Origin: an uncultured Gammaproteobacteria bacterium
GTDB taxonomy: Bacteria > Patescibacteriota > Patescibacteriia > S139-126
Assembly (NCBI GenBank): GCA_964620905.1
Contig: CAZUKA010000001.1
Coordinates: 647,646 to 711,645, forward strand
Length of the DNA: 64,000 nucleotides
Direction of reading: 5' to 3'
In this document: positions 18,573 to 28,502 of the stretch, one piece after another
Numbering within the stretch: the stretch's first letter is position 1
Layout: the number at the start of each line of letters is the position of its first letter
Program-made: the position numbers and the translations under genes
Notes under the pieces: model-generated
What the model saw: only the letters and a program-made list of their open reading frames with translations
Told to the model about the DNA's origin: nothing
Databases searched by the model: none

Positions 18573-18777
18573 GGCACAAGTTATCAAAATTGAAGACACA
18601 CATGTAGTTCTCCAACTAGCTAATGGTGACGAAATTAATTTGGTAAAAAACTATTTACCCGACAATATCAAGGTGGGTGAAAAATTGATTATTGAAATTT
18701 CTACTTGGGAAAATTATCAAAACAAACAAAATCAAACTGCTCGAGAAGTATTAAATGAGATAATGACCCATGAATAA
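18562..18777 (+). CDS. Small hypothetical protein (71 aa) coupled to Hsp20 and VanW genes
   Basis: Overlaps both neighbours (ATGA-type coupling); no family recognised. Confidence 0.4.
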   Translation: MMIEAQVIKIEDTHVVLQLANGDEINLVKNYLPDNIKVGEKLIIEISTWENYQNKQNQTAREVLNEIMTHE

Positions 18778-20623
18778 AAAATCCAATCCGCTGAAATTAA
18801 GAAAAAACTTTGGGTTAATATTGGCATTAACCCTTTTTAGCATTTGTCTACTGTTTGTCTGGGGTGCTGGCTTGTATTTTGATTGGCGTTATCAAAATAA
18901 AATACTACCGCGCATAACAGTTGGTGGAGTAGAAGTTGGCGGATTGACAGAACGTGAGGCAATAAAAAAAATAAACCAACAAGCCGAACAAGTGCTCTCA
19001 CTAGGTTTGACTTTCTCTTACCAAAACCAAAAAATAACTGTCTACAATTCTTTACTTTCACTTGATGATCCGGATATGAACTTGGAATTGGTAGAATTTT
19101 ACCCCAAAGAATCTGCTAAGCAAGCTTTGGCAATTGGCCATCGACAAAACCCTTGGCAAAATTTATGGCAGGCCGCGAAACTATTAATGATTGGTTATGA
19201 TTTGCCGATTGTTTATGACTTGAATTTTCCAGAAATCAAAAACATCATCACTAGAGACATGGCTCATTTAATAACTTTTCCCAAAAATGCAAGTCTGGAA
19301 ATTACTGGCAATACTTTTACTATTCAACCAGATAATGACGGTCAAACCATAGACTGGTTGCTGACGGAAAAAGAAATACGACAACAATTGTCTGATTTAG
19401 AAAATGTAAACATAGCTCTGACTATCTCTAACCAATCAGCCAAAATTGATTATTTGGAAGCAAAATCAGTTGGGCCACAAATTGCTGAAATTATTAAACA
19501 AAAACCCAAACTTACTTTACGCTGGTCAGATAAAAATTGGGAAATTGATTGGGAAAAATTATCCACTTGGTTAGTTTTTTATAAAAACAATGATTTATTA
19601 GGGCTGGCGTTGGACCAAATAAAACTAGAAGATTATTTAGAAAGTGAGATTAAAAACAATATAGATCAACCTGCTCAAAATGCTAAATTTGAAATTCAAA
19701 ACGGCCGGGTAGTCGAATTTCAAGGCAGTCGGGACGGACAAATTTTAAATATCAACGAATCTATTCAAAAAATAAACAACAATTTTTTGAACAATGAGTA
19801 TGATACCGAACTAATAATCAGCCCAGACAAAGCCAAAGTCGCTACTAGTGATATAAACAGTTTTGGTATTACTGAAATTATCGGCGTGGGTAAATCAAAC
19901 TTTGCTGGCAGCCCCAACAACCGCCGCCACAATATCAAAGTAGGGGCTGATGCTTTAAACGGGCTACTGATCAAATCAGGCGAGGAATTTTCTTTGGTCA
20001 AGGCCTTGGGGCGGATTGATGCATCGACTGGTTATTTACCAGAACTGGTCATCAAGGGCAATCGTACTATACCAGAATATGGCGGTGGGCTTTGTCAAAT
20101 TGGCACCACTACTTTTCGTGCAACTTTAGCTTCTGGTTTACCTATTTTAGAAAGACGCAATCACTCTTACCGAGTAAGATACTATGAACCTGCCGGCACT
20201 GATGCAACTATTTATGATCCCAAACCTGACTATAAATTTTTGAACGACAGCCCCAACCATGTTTTAATCCAAACCAGAATTGAGGGCGATGATTTGATTT
20301 TTGAATTTTGGGGAACTAAAGATGGTCGGCAAATTGAGCAGAGTGAACCACTTATATTTAATATCACCGCTGCCCCGCCCACCACTTATATTGAAACCAC
20401 TGATCTTAAACCAGGTGAAAAAAAATGTACTGAAAGCGCGCACGCTGGTGCTGATGCTGAATTTACCTATACAGTAACCTATACTAACGGTGAGGTAAAA
20501 AAAGAAATATTCAAAAGCCATTATCGCCCCTGGGGAGCAGTTTGTCTGATAGGTGTAGAAGAAATATCTACTCCACAAACTGATGAACAAACTGCTACCA
20601 ATACTGATATAATTGTTAATTGA
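18770..20623 (+). CDS. VanW/YoaR-family protein with N-terminal TM anchor
   Basis: VanW-domain core GGGLCQIGTTTFRATLASGLPILERRNHSYRVRYYEP; N-terminal TM; extracellular repeats. Confidence 0.7.
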   Translation: MNKKSNPLKLRKNFGLILALTLFSICLLFVWGAGLYFDWRYQNKILPRITVGGVEVGGLTEREAIKKINQQAEQVLSLGLTFSYQNQKITVYNSLLSLDDPDMNLELVEFYPKESAKQALAIGHRQNPWQNLWQAAKLLMIGYDLPIVYDLNFPEIKNIITRDMAHLITFPKNASLEITGNTFTIQPDNDGQTIDWLLTEKEIRQQLSDLENVNIALTISNQSAKIDYLEAKSVGPQIAEIIKQKPKLTLRWSDKNWEIDWEKLSTWLVFYKNNDLLGLALDQIKLEDYLESEIKNNIDQPAQNAKFEIQNGRVVEFQGSRDGQILNINESIQKINNNFLNNEYDTELIISPDKAKVATSDINSFGITEIIGVGKSNFAGSPNNRRHNIKVGADALNGLLIKSGEEFSLVKALGRIDASTGYLPELVIKGNRTIPEYGGGLCQIGTTTFRATLASGLPILERRNHSYRVRYYEPAGTDATIYDPKPDYKFLNDSPNHVLIQTRIEGDDLIFEFWGTKDGRQIEQSEPLIFNITAAPPTTYIETTDLKPGEKKCTESAHAGADAEFTYTVTYTNGEVKKEIFKSHYRPWGAVCLIGVEEISTPQTDEQTATNTDIIVN

Positions 20624-20721
20624 TATTGATTTATTGACTATTTTGTTTTAATTGCTAAAATAAACTAGCTTTCAAAATTAATAAACGTTTGGCGGGCCTG
20701 CCCGCCGAATCATCAATGTAG

Positions 20722-20798
20722 GCGGGTGTAGTTCAGTTGGCTAGAACGTTTCCTTGCCAAGGAAAAGGTCGCCGGTTCGAATCCGGTCACCCGCTCCA
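20722..20798 (+). tRNA. tRNA-Gly (anticodon GCC), CCA encoded
   Basis: GCGGGTGTAGTTCAGTTGGCTAGAACGTTTCCTTGCCAAGGAAAAGGTCGCCGGTTCGAATCCGGTCACCCGCTCCA. Confidence 0.85.
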
Positions 20799-20935
20799 GT
20801 TATTTCAACCTTTCAAGATAAATTTTGGTAACGACCTGGAATCAAATAATAAACAGCAAGTATTTTTGCTGTTTTTTTATTTACTTGATTAAATATTTTT
20901 TTTTCATTAAACTATTATTGCCTACTTCAAAAACT

Positions 20936-21022
20936 GCCGGGATGGCGGAATTGGCAGACGCGTTGGACTTAAAATCCAATGAGAGCAATCTCGTGGGAGT
21001 TCGATTCTCCCTCCCGGCACCA
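20936..21022 (+). tRNA. tRNA-Leu (anticodon UAA), type II with long variable arm, CCA encoded
   Basis: GCCGGGATGGCGGAATTGGCAGACGCGTTGGACTTAAAATCCAATGAGAGCAATCTCGTGGGAGTTCGATTCTCCCTCCCGGCACCA. Confidence 0.85.
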
Positions 21023-21071
21023 CCTAACTTTGCTTGCTAATAATCAGTCAGATAATTAAATTTCAAATCAT

Positions 21072-21117
21072 GGGAAGCTAAGCTTCCCGCCAAAAAAAGT
21101 TGCGCTCCTAAGCGCGA
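21072..21117. repeat. Paired-hairpin repeat element, copy C (more diverged)
   Basis: GGGAAGCTAAGCTTCCCgccaaaaaaagttGCGCTCCTAAGCGCgag: same AAGCTAAGCTT palindrome plus a CGC..TAAGCG hairpin. Confidence 0.5.
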
Positions 21118-21196
21118 GAAAAATTTTTGTCGATCATCAGTACACTGAAAGTAAGACAATCTAGATTTGTCCTCTCAGTCTGACCGGCAGAGACAA

Positions 21197-21229
21197 GAGA
21201 AACCCCCGACAAAATAACGGGGGTTTCTC
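21197..21229. terminator. Strong hairpin downstream of the yggU-like gene
   Basis: gagaaacccccgacaaaataacgggggtttctc; weak U-tract. Confidence 0.4.
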
Positions 21230-21230
21230 T

Positions 21231-21503
21231 TTAGAAAATAGTTTTTTTTAATTTTTCAACTGCGTCAACTGGCAAACAAATTCTTTTTTTATTGGTGGTA
21301 AAACCTCTGACTATTTTCAACTCGCTCGTGGGTATAGACAAAAAATCAGCCAACAAATCAAGTAATTTTGTATTGGCTTGACCTTTTATGGGCGTAACAG
21401 CCAATTTTACTTTTAGAAAATCATTTTGCCAGCCAATAATCTCATTGCAACTTGATCTGGTAATTACTTTTACTGTCAAAAAATTATCTTTTTCTTTGCT
21501 CAT
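21231..21503 (-). CDS. DUF167/YggU family protein
   Basis: KVKLAVTPIKGQANTKLLDLLADFLSIPTSELKIVRGFTTNKKRI. Confidence 0.65.
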   Translation of the reverse strand: MSKEKDNFLTVKVITRSSCNEIIGWQNDFLKVKLAVTPIKGQANTKLLDLLADFLSIPTSELKIVRGFTTNKKRICLPVDAVEKLKKTIF

Positions 21504-22287
21504 TTAATAAACGTAATAGCCGATTATGAATCAAACCATTGGTGGCGATTATATCCGAACCAGTTAAATTCCAAGGTTGATTTTTAAAATCTGTCACCCG
21601 ACCACCAGCTTCTCTTACCAATAAAGCCCCAGCAGCTACATCCCAAGAATTAGCGCCGGGAATAACAATACTGTCAGCAATACCTCTGGCTACTCTAGCA
21701 AATTCTAAAGTGGCTGCTCCCAGCTGACGAATTTCATGTCCACTCATAAACATTTTTTGGTAATAGTTAATAGCTTGACTGGGAAATTTATCTTGGCTTG
21801 TACCATAACAATAGGTATGAAAACCTCGTTTTGGATCCCTTGTACCCGATACTCTGAGGCGATGATGATTATAAAAAGCGCCTTGACCTTTAATCGCTAC
21901 ATAAAGTTCTGCCAGCACCGGAGCATAAATCACGCCAATAACCACCTCATTTTTATAAACCATGGCCAAAGTTGTTGAAAATAAAGGATTTTTCATAACA
22001 AAATTAGTAGTTCCATCCAAGGGGTCAACAATCCACAAATAATCTGCGGCTTTTTTTACCAAACCCGCTTCTTCTGACAAAATACTATGATCAAAAAAAC
22101 TTTTTCGTAAGTGCTTAAAAATTATTTTCTCCGCTAATTTATCAGCTCTAGTCACAATTTGGTGTTTACTTTTTAAGCCAGAGTTAATTCTACCTGGACG
22201 ATTATAAATCTTTTTCAATTCCAACCCAGCCTCAGCCACAGCCGATAGAGCAACCCTTTTTGCTTGTTTGATAATCTTTGAATTCAT
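21484..22287 (-). CDS. Inositol monophosphatase family protein (SuhB-like)
   Basis: WIVDPLDGTTNFV and the downstream WDVAAG motif. Confidence 0.8.
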   Translation of the reverse strand: MNSKIIKQAKRVALSAVAEAGLELKKIYNRPGRINSGLKSKHQIVTRADKLAEKIIFKHLRKSFFDHSILSEEAGLVKKAADYLWIVDPLDGTTNFVMKNPLFSTTLAMVYKNEVVIGVIYAPVLAELYVAIKGQGAFYNHHRLRVSGTRDPKRGFHTYCYGTSQDKFPSQAINYYQKMFMSGHEIRQLGAATLEFARVARGIADSIVIPGANSWDVAAGALLVREAGGRVTDFKNQPWNLTGSDIIATNGLIHNRLLRLLNEQRKR

Positions 22288-22784
22288 AAATTTTCCAATA
22301 TTTTTAATGACAATTCACGAGTAGTGGTATCCAAAATCGCGAAAGTGGCTTTATTGAACATGCCGGCCAAAGTACCGGGGTTTGCTAGTACTGTTTGCCC
22401 AATAGTTTGTAACCAAGGTTTATGGTCATGACCATAAAAAACAAAATTATACTTACCACTAACAGCTAATTTTTTGGCTTCGTTGGGATAATGATTAATA
22501 GCAATATTTAATTCATCAATCATAAATTCTCCCTCGTCACCATAAAGTCTGACCGAGGGAAATTCTGCTACTACTTTGGGTAGAAGTTCTCGATCGGCTA
22601 CATTACCAAAAATCATATGCACTGGTCCTGTGAAACTAGGTATAATAACTTTCTTCAATGTTGCCGGCGCACACAAATCACCACAAAAAATCAGAGCGGC
22701 AAAATTGTTGTCTTTGGCATAATCCAAAAATTTTTGTAAATTTACTAAATTGTCATGAGAATCAGAAAAAATTCCTACCAACAT
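22284..22784 (-). CDS. Metallophosphoesterase (YfcE/MJ0936 family)
   Basis: MLVGIFSDSHDN, GNVADRE and GHDH motifs. Confidence 0.75.
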   Translation of the reverse strand: MLVGIFSDSHDNLVNLQKFLDYAKDNNFAALIFCGDLCAPATLKKVIIPSFTGPVHMIFGNVADRELLPKVVAEFPSVRLYGDEGEFMIDELNIAINHYPNEAKKLAVSGKYNFVFYGHDHKPWLQTIGQTVLANPGTLAGMFNKATFAILDTTTRELSLKILENL

Positions 22785-22847
22785 ATACTGGCTATTAATC
22801 TTTACTTATTCTAACAAAAAAAAGGAGGGGTATAAACCCTTCCCGCT

Positions 22848-23360
22848 TTAAGCGACCAATAACAATGGTTTAATAAGTTGGTTGTGAATCTCGGCGATCA
22901 AAGCTAGTAGAGCTTTTTTATTGTAAAATATTTTTTCTTTTGGTTTAGTTTTATAAAAAACTACTTGCAAATACTCAATAACCACGATAATCAACCTGCT
23001 GTTGAAAAGCGACTCATAATTTTTGCTTTTAACCACTTCGTGAAAAAGTGCTACTTTATTTTCATATACCAACGGCACGTGTCTAAACATTTTTTTATCT
23101 CTAGTAAACAACCAAATCCGTTTATCAGGGTGGTTGGAAAACAACCAAGTAAAAATATCGGCGTCGGTTTTTTCATCAAATTGATTGACTGCCAACTGTT
23201 GGTTTAAAAAAACATTCATAGTGGACAATATTTTTTCCACTTCCAGCATGGTTTGTTTGGTAAACCAAACATTTACATCAAAAAAAGCGATGTTGATCAT
23301 AACGGGCAAATAAATATTCGACTCAGTGTTACTTCTTTTAAGGTTATTGGCTGACGGCAT
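22848..23360 (-). CDS. Hypothetical protein (~170 aa)
   Basis: The track ORF extends to 23462, but that extension would encode the nfo terminator hairpin. Start most likely MPSANN at 23360. Confidence 0.4.
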   Translation of the reverse strand: MPSANNLKRSNTESNIYLPVMINIAFFDVNVWFTKQTMLEVEKILSTMNVFLNQQLAVNQFDEKTDADIFTWLFSNHPDKRIWLFTRDKKMFRHVPLVYENKVALFHEVVKSKNYESLFNSRLIIVVIEYLQVVFYKTKPKEKIFYNKKALLALIAEIHNQLIKPLLLVA

Positions 23361-23389
23361 AAACCCTCCTCTGGGATAAATGAAAAAAT

Positions 23390-23424
23390 TGTTAAAAAAC
23401 AAAAAACGGGCGCATGGGCCCGTT
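23390..23424 (-). terminator. Rho-independent terminator of nfo
   Basis: Minus strand AACGGGCCCATGCGCCCGTT followed by TTTTTGTTTTTT. Confidence 0.6.
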
Positions 23425-23502
23425 AGAAAAAAACTCTGACCTCCTTTCTTTGGTTTAGGCAACTTGGCATGGGGAATATTTTCTTGTCTTTATCTTAACA
23501 TA

Positions 23503-24357
23503 CTATTTTCTAGCGCGCAATTTTTTTAAACTGTGTAAATCTTTTTTTACAACTTTTTCATCTTTCCAAGGAGTTTCCAAAATAAAATTGATTTCCCTTA
23601 ATTTTGGATTGCTCATCAGTGCAGCAAAACCTGATTTGCCAATTTTACCTTGACCAATATTTTCATGTCTATCTTTGTGAGAATTAAAATCTGCTTTTGA
23701 ATCATTAGCGTGAACCAATACTAGACGGTCCAGCCCAATTATCCGATCGAACAATTTTAAAGTTTGACCAACACTCAGCTCGTTGCGTAAATCATACCCA
23801 GAAGCAAAAGCATGAGCTGTATCAAAACATACACCCAAACGATGATTTTTTATTTTCTGTTCTACCAAATTTATTAACCTAGCAATTTCTTCAAAACTCG
23901 CACCAATTATTTGCCCGCTACCGGCTGAAATTTCCAACAATAATCGGTTTTTCCCTGTAAAATTACGTAAAACAGCGATCAAACCATCAGCTACTAAATT
24001 TTGGGCTTGATTGATTGATACATCCTTAGCACTGCCTAAATGCGTCATAGTAGCAGTCACTCCCAAACTTTCCCCGCGCTCTAATTCTTGCCTTACTACT
24101 TCAATTGAGCCACGACGAATCTGACTGTTGGTTGATGCAAAATTTATGTAATAAGGAGTATGAATATAATATTCAGTCAAATTTAAATCTAAACAGCGTT
24201 GCTTGAACTCTTTGGCTATTTGGTTAGTTATTACTGGCGGGGTACCACCTCGGGGTGAACGAGAAAAAAATTGAAAAGTCTCACAATCTAATTTTTTGGC
24301 ATTGCTGGGAGCGTTGACTAAGCCACCAGCCGCTGAAACATGAATACCAATTTTCAT
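23503..24357 (-). CDS. nfo: Endonuclease IV (AP endonuclease family 2)
   Basis: TIM-barrel AP endonuclease motifs, e.g. HANDSKADFNSHKDRHENIGQGKIG. Confidence 0.85.
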   Translation of the reverse strand: MKIGIHVSAAGGLVNAPSNAKKLDCETFQFFSRSPRGGTPPVITNQIAKEFKQRCLDLNLTEYYIHTPYYINFASTNSQIRRGSIEVVRQELERGESLGVTATMTHLGSAKDVSINQAQNLVADGLIAVLRNFTGKNRLLLEISAGSGQIIGASFEEIARLINLVEQKIKNHRLGVCFDTAHAFASGYDLRNELSVGQTLKLFDRIIGLDRLVLVHANDSKADFNSHKDRHENIGQGKIGKSGFAALMSNPKLREINFILETPWKDEKVVKKDLHSLKKLRARK

Positions 24358-25640
24358 TTTTTTTGTCTGATTATACCTTTTAAATAATTTATAACTTTGC
24401 GATTGGTTAAGGTATGAAAAAGATAATCACGAAAATCATCACTACCTAAATTAGCTAGTATCTGGGGCTGTTGTTGATAATTCTGCTGTAAAGCTTCAAG
24501 TTCCTGATCAATTTCTTCCTTAGTTGCAGCAATTTGATTGTCAGTGGCCAATTGTTTAGCTAGTAAAGCTGTCTTGACCCGTTTTATTGCCGCTGGTCGC
24601 CAATCCTGTTTTAAAGCAGTTTGATCTTTACCTATACTTTGTAAATATTCGCTTAATTTTAATCCTTGGGCTTCTATTTTATCTTCTAATTCATGCAACA
24701 TGCGATGTAATTCGTTGTCAACCAATATTTCCGGAATTTCCCCAAAAGTAGAAATATTCATCAACTCTTCCAGTAGCTTAACTTCAAAGTTTTGATCAGC
24801 TTTTTGTTGTTTATCTAGTAAAATATTGTTTTTGACCTGTTTCTTCAAATCATCAAGATTTTTATAGTCACCTAATTTAGCAGCTAAAGAATCATCCACA
24901 GGAGGTAAAATTCTTTGGTAAATAGACTTAATCTCCACCTCAAAATCAGCTTCTTTACCCGCTAAGTCAACCTTATAATCTGAAGGAAAGTTCAACTTAA
25001 AATTAAGTTTGTCACCAGTTTTTTTACCTACTAACTGTTCTTCAAAACCGGGTATAAAAACTTTATCGCCAACTACCAATGGATAATCGCGTCCCTGTCC
25101 ACCTTCTATTACAATCCCTTGGACTTTAACCGTAAAATCAATTATTGCCTTATCCCCTAAATTGATAGGGTCTAGACTAATTTTTTCTTCAGCGCGCATT
25201 TTACGAACATCAGCTAACACTTCGGCTATTTCCTTATCCTCCACCTTTGCTTCTTCCGGTTTTGTTTGTAGATTGTTTACTTCCCCCACAACAACTGTGG
25301 GTAATAATGCGATGACAGCGGTATATTCAAAAACATCGCCCGGTACCATTTTTTTTATTTCAATTTTTGGCTGACCAACCACTGCTAATTTTTCTTTTTG
25401 CAAGAGATCATAATAACTTTTTTTTACTATTTCATCAGCTGCCTCTTCCAATAAAGCCATGGCACCAAATTTTTGCTCGACGATTTTTCTAGGTGCCTGT
25501 CCCGGTCGCCACCCAGGTAATGGTTGCTTTTTGCTTAAACGCTTGGCAGCTTGGTCTAAAAAATTATCTAAATATTCAGCTGACAAGGTTATGCTAATAT
25601 TTTTGACGCCAGCTCCTTTATCTTCAATAATATAGTCCAT
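24354..25640 (-). CDS. tig: Trigger factor
   Basis: N-terminal ribosome-binding domain, FKBP-like middle with GFEEQLVGKK, C-terminal helical domain. Confidence 0.85.
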   Translation of the reverse strand: MDYIIEDKGAGVKNISITLSAEYLDNFLDQAAKRLSKKQPLPGWRPGQAPRKIVEQKFGAMALLEEAADEIVKKSYYDLLQKEKLAVVGQPKIEIKKMVPGDVFEYTAVIALLPTVVVGEVNNLQTKPEEAKVEDKEIAEVLADVRKMRAEEKISLDPINLGDKAIIDFTVKVQGIVIEGGQGRDYPLVVGDKVFIPGFEEQLVGKKTGDKLNFKLNFPSDYKVDLAGKEADFEVEIKSIYQRILPPVDDSLAAKLGDYKNLDDLKKQVKNNILLDKQQKADQNFEVKLLEELMNISTFGEIPEILVDNELHRMLHELEDKIEAQGLKLSEYLQSIGKDQTALKQDWRPAAIKRVKTALLAKQLATDNQIAATKEEIDQELEALQQNYQQQPQILANLGSDDFRDYLFHTLTNRKVINYLKGIIRQKK

Positions 25641-25797
25641 GGTTTTTAAATAAATATTTAAAGTCGGGTAATATTTAGCTTACCTGATATAATATTTTTT
25701 GACAAAACCTGGCCTGTTTTATTGATTTTTTGAGTTATTTTTGTTATAATAAACATATCATTTTATTAATTTAACGCCATTTTTTGGGGTTTTTTTT

Positions 25798-26514
25798 ATG
25801 TCAGGTCATTCCAAATGGGCAACAACCAAAAGACAAAAAGCAGTGGCTGATGCCAAAAAAGCCAATGCTTTTACCAAATTAGCCAATAGCTTAGCGGTGG
25901 CAGCCAAAGAAGGCGGAGCTGATCCGGATACAAATTTTAAACTTAAAATTGCCATTGACCGGGCCAAAGCCGCCAATATGCCAAAAAACAATATTGATCG
26001 TGCCATTGCTCGCGCAAGTGGTAAGTCAGATGATATTCAGCTAGAACAACTCACTTATGAAGGACTCGGGCCAGAAAAAATAGCTGTGATTATTGAAGCT
26101 ATCACTGACAATCGCAACCGAACGGTTTCCAATCTAAAACATGCTTTCAATAAACATGGCGGCCAACTAGCCAGCAACGGTTCCTTACTATGGATGTTTG
26201 ATCGGCGCGGTGTGATTGTCTGTACTTTAAAACCAGCCGCTTTAAACGAAGAACTACAACTTAAAATGATTGAGGGTGGAGCTGAAGATTGGGAACAACA
26301 TCAAGAAAAATTGATTATTTATTGCCAACCTAACAATTTACAATCCCTCAATAACCACTTACAAACTCTAAATTTAAATATCATTTCTAGTGAATTGGAA
26401 TATCTACCAAAAGAAACCATCCAAATAAAAGAAAAAGATAAATGGGATTCATTTCTGGCTGAATTAGAGCAAGATGACGATATACAAAATTATTACACTA
26501 ATGCCGATGGCTAA
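25798..26514 (+). CDS. yebC: YebC/PmpR family DNA-binding regulator
   Basis: MSGHSKWATTKRQKAVADAKK N-terminus. Confidence 0.85.
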   Translation: MSGHSKWATTKRQKAVADAKKANAFTKLANSLAVAAKEGGADPDTNFKLKIAIDRAKAANMPKNNIDRAIARASGKSDDIQLEQLTYEGLGPEKIAVIIEAITDNRNRTVSNLKHAFNKHGGQLASNGSLLWMFDRRGVIVCTLKPAALNEELQLKMIEGGAEDWEQHQEKLIIYCQPNNLQSLNNHLQTLNLNIISSELEYLPKETIQIKEKDKWDSFLAELEQDDDIQNYYTNADG

Positions 26515-27013
26515 AAACTTTACTATCATGGGAATTGATCCTGGTTATGGCTTGGTCGGCTATGGCTTAGTTCAAAAACAAAACGACCAACTGCTCTATC
26601 TTACTCATGGTGTAATTAAAACTAAGCCTAATTCTGACTTTACCGCTCGTCTACTTAAAATCCATTTGGAATTAAAAAAAATCATAAATCAATATCAACC
26701 ACAAATTTTGGCTATTGAAAGTTTATTTTTTCACAATAACGCCAAAACTGCTTTGCAAGTAGGTGAAGCTAGAGGGGTTATCATCCTTACTGCCAGTCAA
26801 GCAAATTTATCAGTCTATAATATTACTCCTTTGCAGGTCAAACAAGCTCTGGTCGGTCACGGTCGAGCAGAAAAAAAGCAAATCCAGAAAATGGTGCAGC
26901 TGGTTTTTAAACTACCAAAACTACCACAACCAGACGACGCGGCTGATGCTTTGGCAGTCGCTTATTGCGGAGCCCAATCATTAACCACCTGGCAATTAAA
27001 TGAAAAGTTATAA
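26501..27013 (+). CDS. ruvC: Holliday junction resolvase RuvC
   Basis: IMGIDPGYGLVGYGL (catalytic Asp) and C-terminal DDAADALAVAYC. The track ORF starts at 26474; MPMAKNF chosen as start. Confidence 0.8.
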   Translation: MPMAKNFTIMGIDPGYGLVGYGLVQKQNDQLLYLTHGVIKTKPNSDFTARLLKIHLELKKIINQYQPQILAIESLFFHNNAKTALQVGEARGVIILTASQANLSVYNITPLQVKQALVGHGRAEKKQIQKMVQLVFKLPKLPQPDDAADALAVAYCGAQSLTTWQLNEKL

Positions 27014-28493
27014 ATCCAAACTAAAAATCATCTCCGTTTGTAGTGAAGTTGACCCTTTTGCCAAAACTGGTGGTATGGCTGACGTGGCAAAATCACTCCC
27101 TAAAGCCTTAAAAAAACAAGGACATTTACTTCGTTTGTTTATGCCTTTTTATGCTCAGCTTAATCCCTCGGAACACAAATTAAAATTGGTAGCAGACAAA
27201 ATTAATTTAGACCTAGATGAAAGTAAAAGTGTCAATTTTTCCATTTGGCAGGGCTGGTTAGAAGATGGGCTACCTATATATTTCATTTACGAACCAGAAT
27301 TTTTATCTAAAACCTACGATGATAGAGTTAAAGATAACACTATCTATTTTGGTGTTCCTGATAATTTACGTTTTTTAATTTTTGATTTGGCGGTTATAGA
27401 AAGTATTAAAATATTGGATATTAAACCTGATATTATTCAGTGTCACGACTGGCAAACAGGGCTCATACCTTATTTTTTAAAAAAACGTTTTGCTTCAGAA
27501 GAAAGGTTTGATGGAACTGCGACCATTTTTACTATTCACAATCTAACCTATCAGCTAGGTACTAACTGGTGGGAAATACCATCAGAAAAACGTGATGACG
27601 AAAGACAAGAACTTCCCTTATTTCAAGATACTGTCTCATGGCAAAAAATAAATTTTGCCAAACGGGGTATCGCCAATGCCGATTCTATCAATACTGTTTC
27701 AGAAAAATATGCAGAGGAAATTATGACCAAAAAATTTGGCAATGGCCTGCATGGTATTTTAAAACAAAAAAAACATCGGGTGTTTGGTATAGTCAATGGG
27801 ATTGATTATGCTGACTGGAATCCTTCCACTGATCCGGGTTTAGTTGCTAAATACGATTTTGACTCGCTAGTCAATAAAACAAAAAATAAATTACACTTAC
27901 AAGAATTGTTCGGCCTACCTAAAGATCCCAAAGTACCTTTGGTTGGCTGGACTTCACGACTGACAGAACAAAAAGGTATTGAACTAATTATTGAAATCAT
28001 TGAACCGTTATTGAGAATGGATATTCAAATGGTAATTTTGGGTGAAGGAGCAAAAAAATATACAGATTTTTTTCAAAAAATCAGTCGCCAACATCCAAAA
28101 AAAATTGCTGCTATTTTAGATTTTGACAATCAAAAAGAAACTATGGTGCTGGCTGGGGCAGACATCTTTCTACTACCCTCTCGCTTTGAACCGTGTGGAC
28201 TGGCTCAGCTGAAAAGCTTGCGTTATGGAGCTATTCCAGTAGTACACGCAGTAGGTGGGTTGGTAGACACCATTTCTGATTACAATCCCAAAACCGGCCG
28301 AGGTAATGGTTTTGTTTTTAAAAAATATGATTCGCGCGACCTGTTAATTGCTATCACCCGTGCTATTGTCAATCACCGTCACCGGGAAAGCTGGTTAAAA
28401 CTAGTCAGGCAAGCCATGCAACAGTCGTTTTCCTGGGAAATTCCAGCCCAAAAATATACTATGCTTTTCCGTCGAGCTTTAAGAAATAAATAA
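27000..28493 (+). CDS. glgA: Glycogen/starch synthase (GT5)
   Basis: KTGGMADVAKSLPKAL N-terminal motif and the C-terminal EPCGLAQL motif. Confidence 0.85.
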   Translation: MKSYKSKLKIISVCSEVDPFAKTGGMADVAKSLPKALKKQGHLLRLFMPFYAQLNPSEHKLKLVADKINLDLDESKSVNFSIWQGWLEDGLPIYFIYEPEFLSKTYDDRVKDNTIYFGVPDNLRFLIFDLAVIESIKILDIKPDIIQCHDWQTGLIPYFLKKRFASEERFDGTATIFTIHNLTYQLGTNWWEIPSEKRDDERQELPLFQDTVSWQKINFAKRGIANADSINTVSEKYAEEIMTKKFGNGLHGILKQKKHRVFGIVNGIDYADWNPSTDPGLVAKYDFDSLVNKTKNKLHLQELFGLPKDPKVPLVGWTSRLTEQKGIELIIEIIEPLLRMDIQMVILGEGAKKYTDFFQKISRQHPKKIAAILDFDNQKETMVLAGADIFLLPSRFEPCGLAQLKSLRYGAIPVVHAVGGLVDTISDYNPKTGRGNGFVFKKYDSRDLLIAITRAIVNHRHRESWLKLVRQAMQQSFSWEIPAQKYTMLFRRALRNK

Positions 28494-28502
28494 AATTTTT
28501 TT

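Noticed and set aside
20825-21040. 71-aa ORF
   Set aside because: It overlaps tRNA-Leu(UAA) on the same strand; the tRNA cloverleaf is unambiguous.
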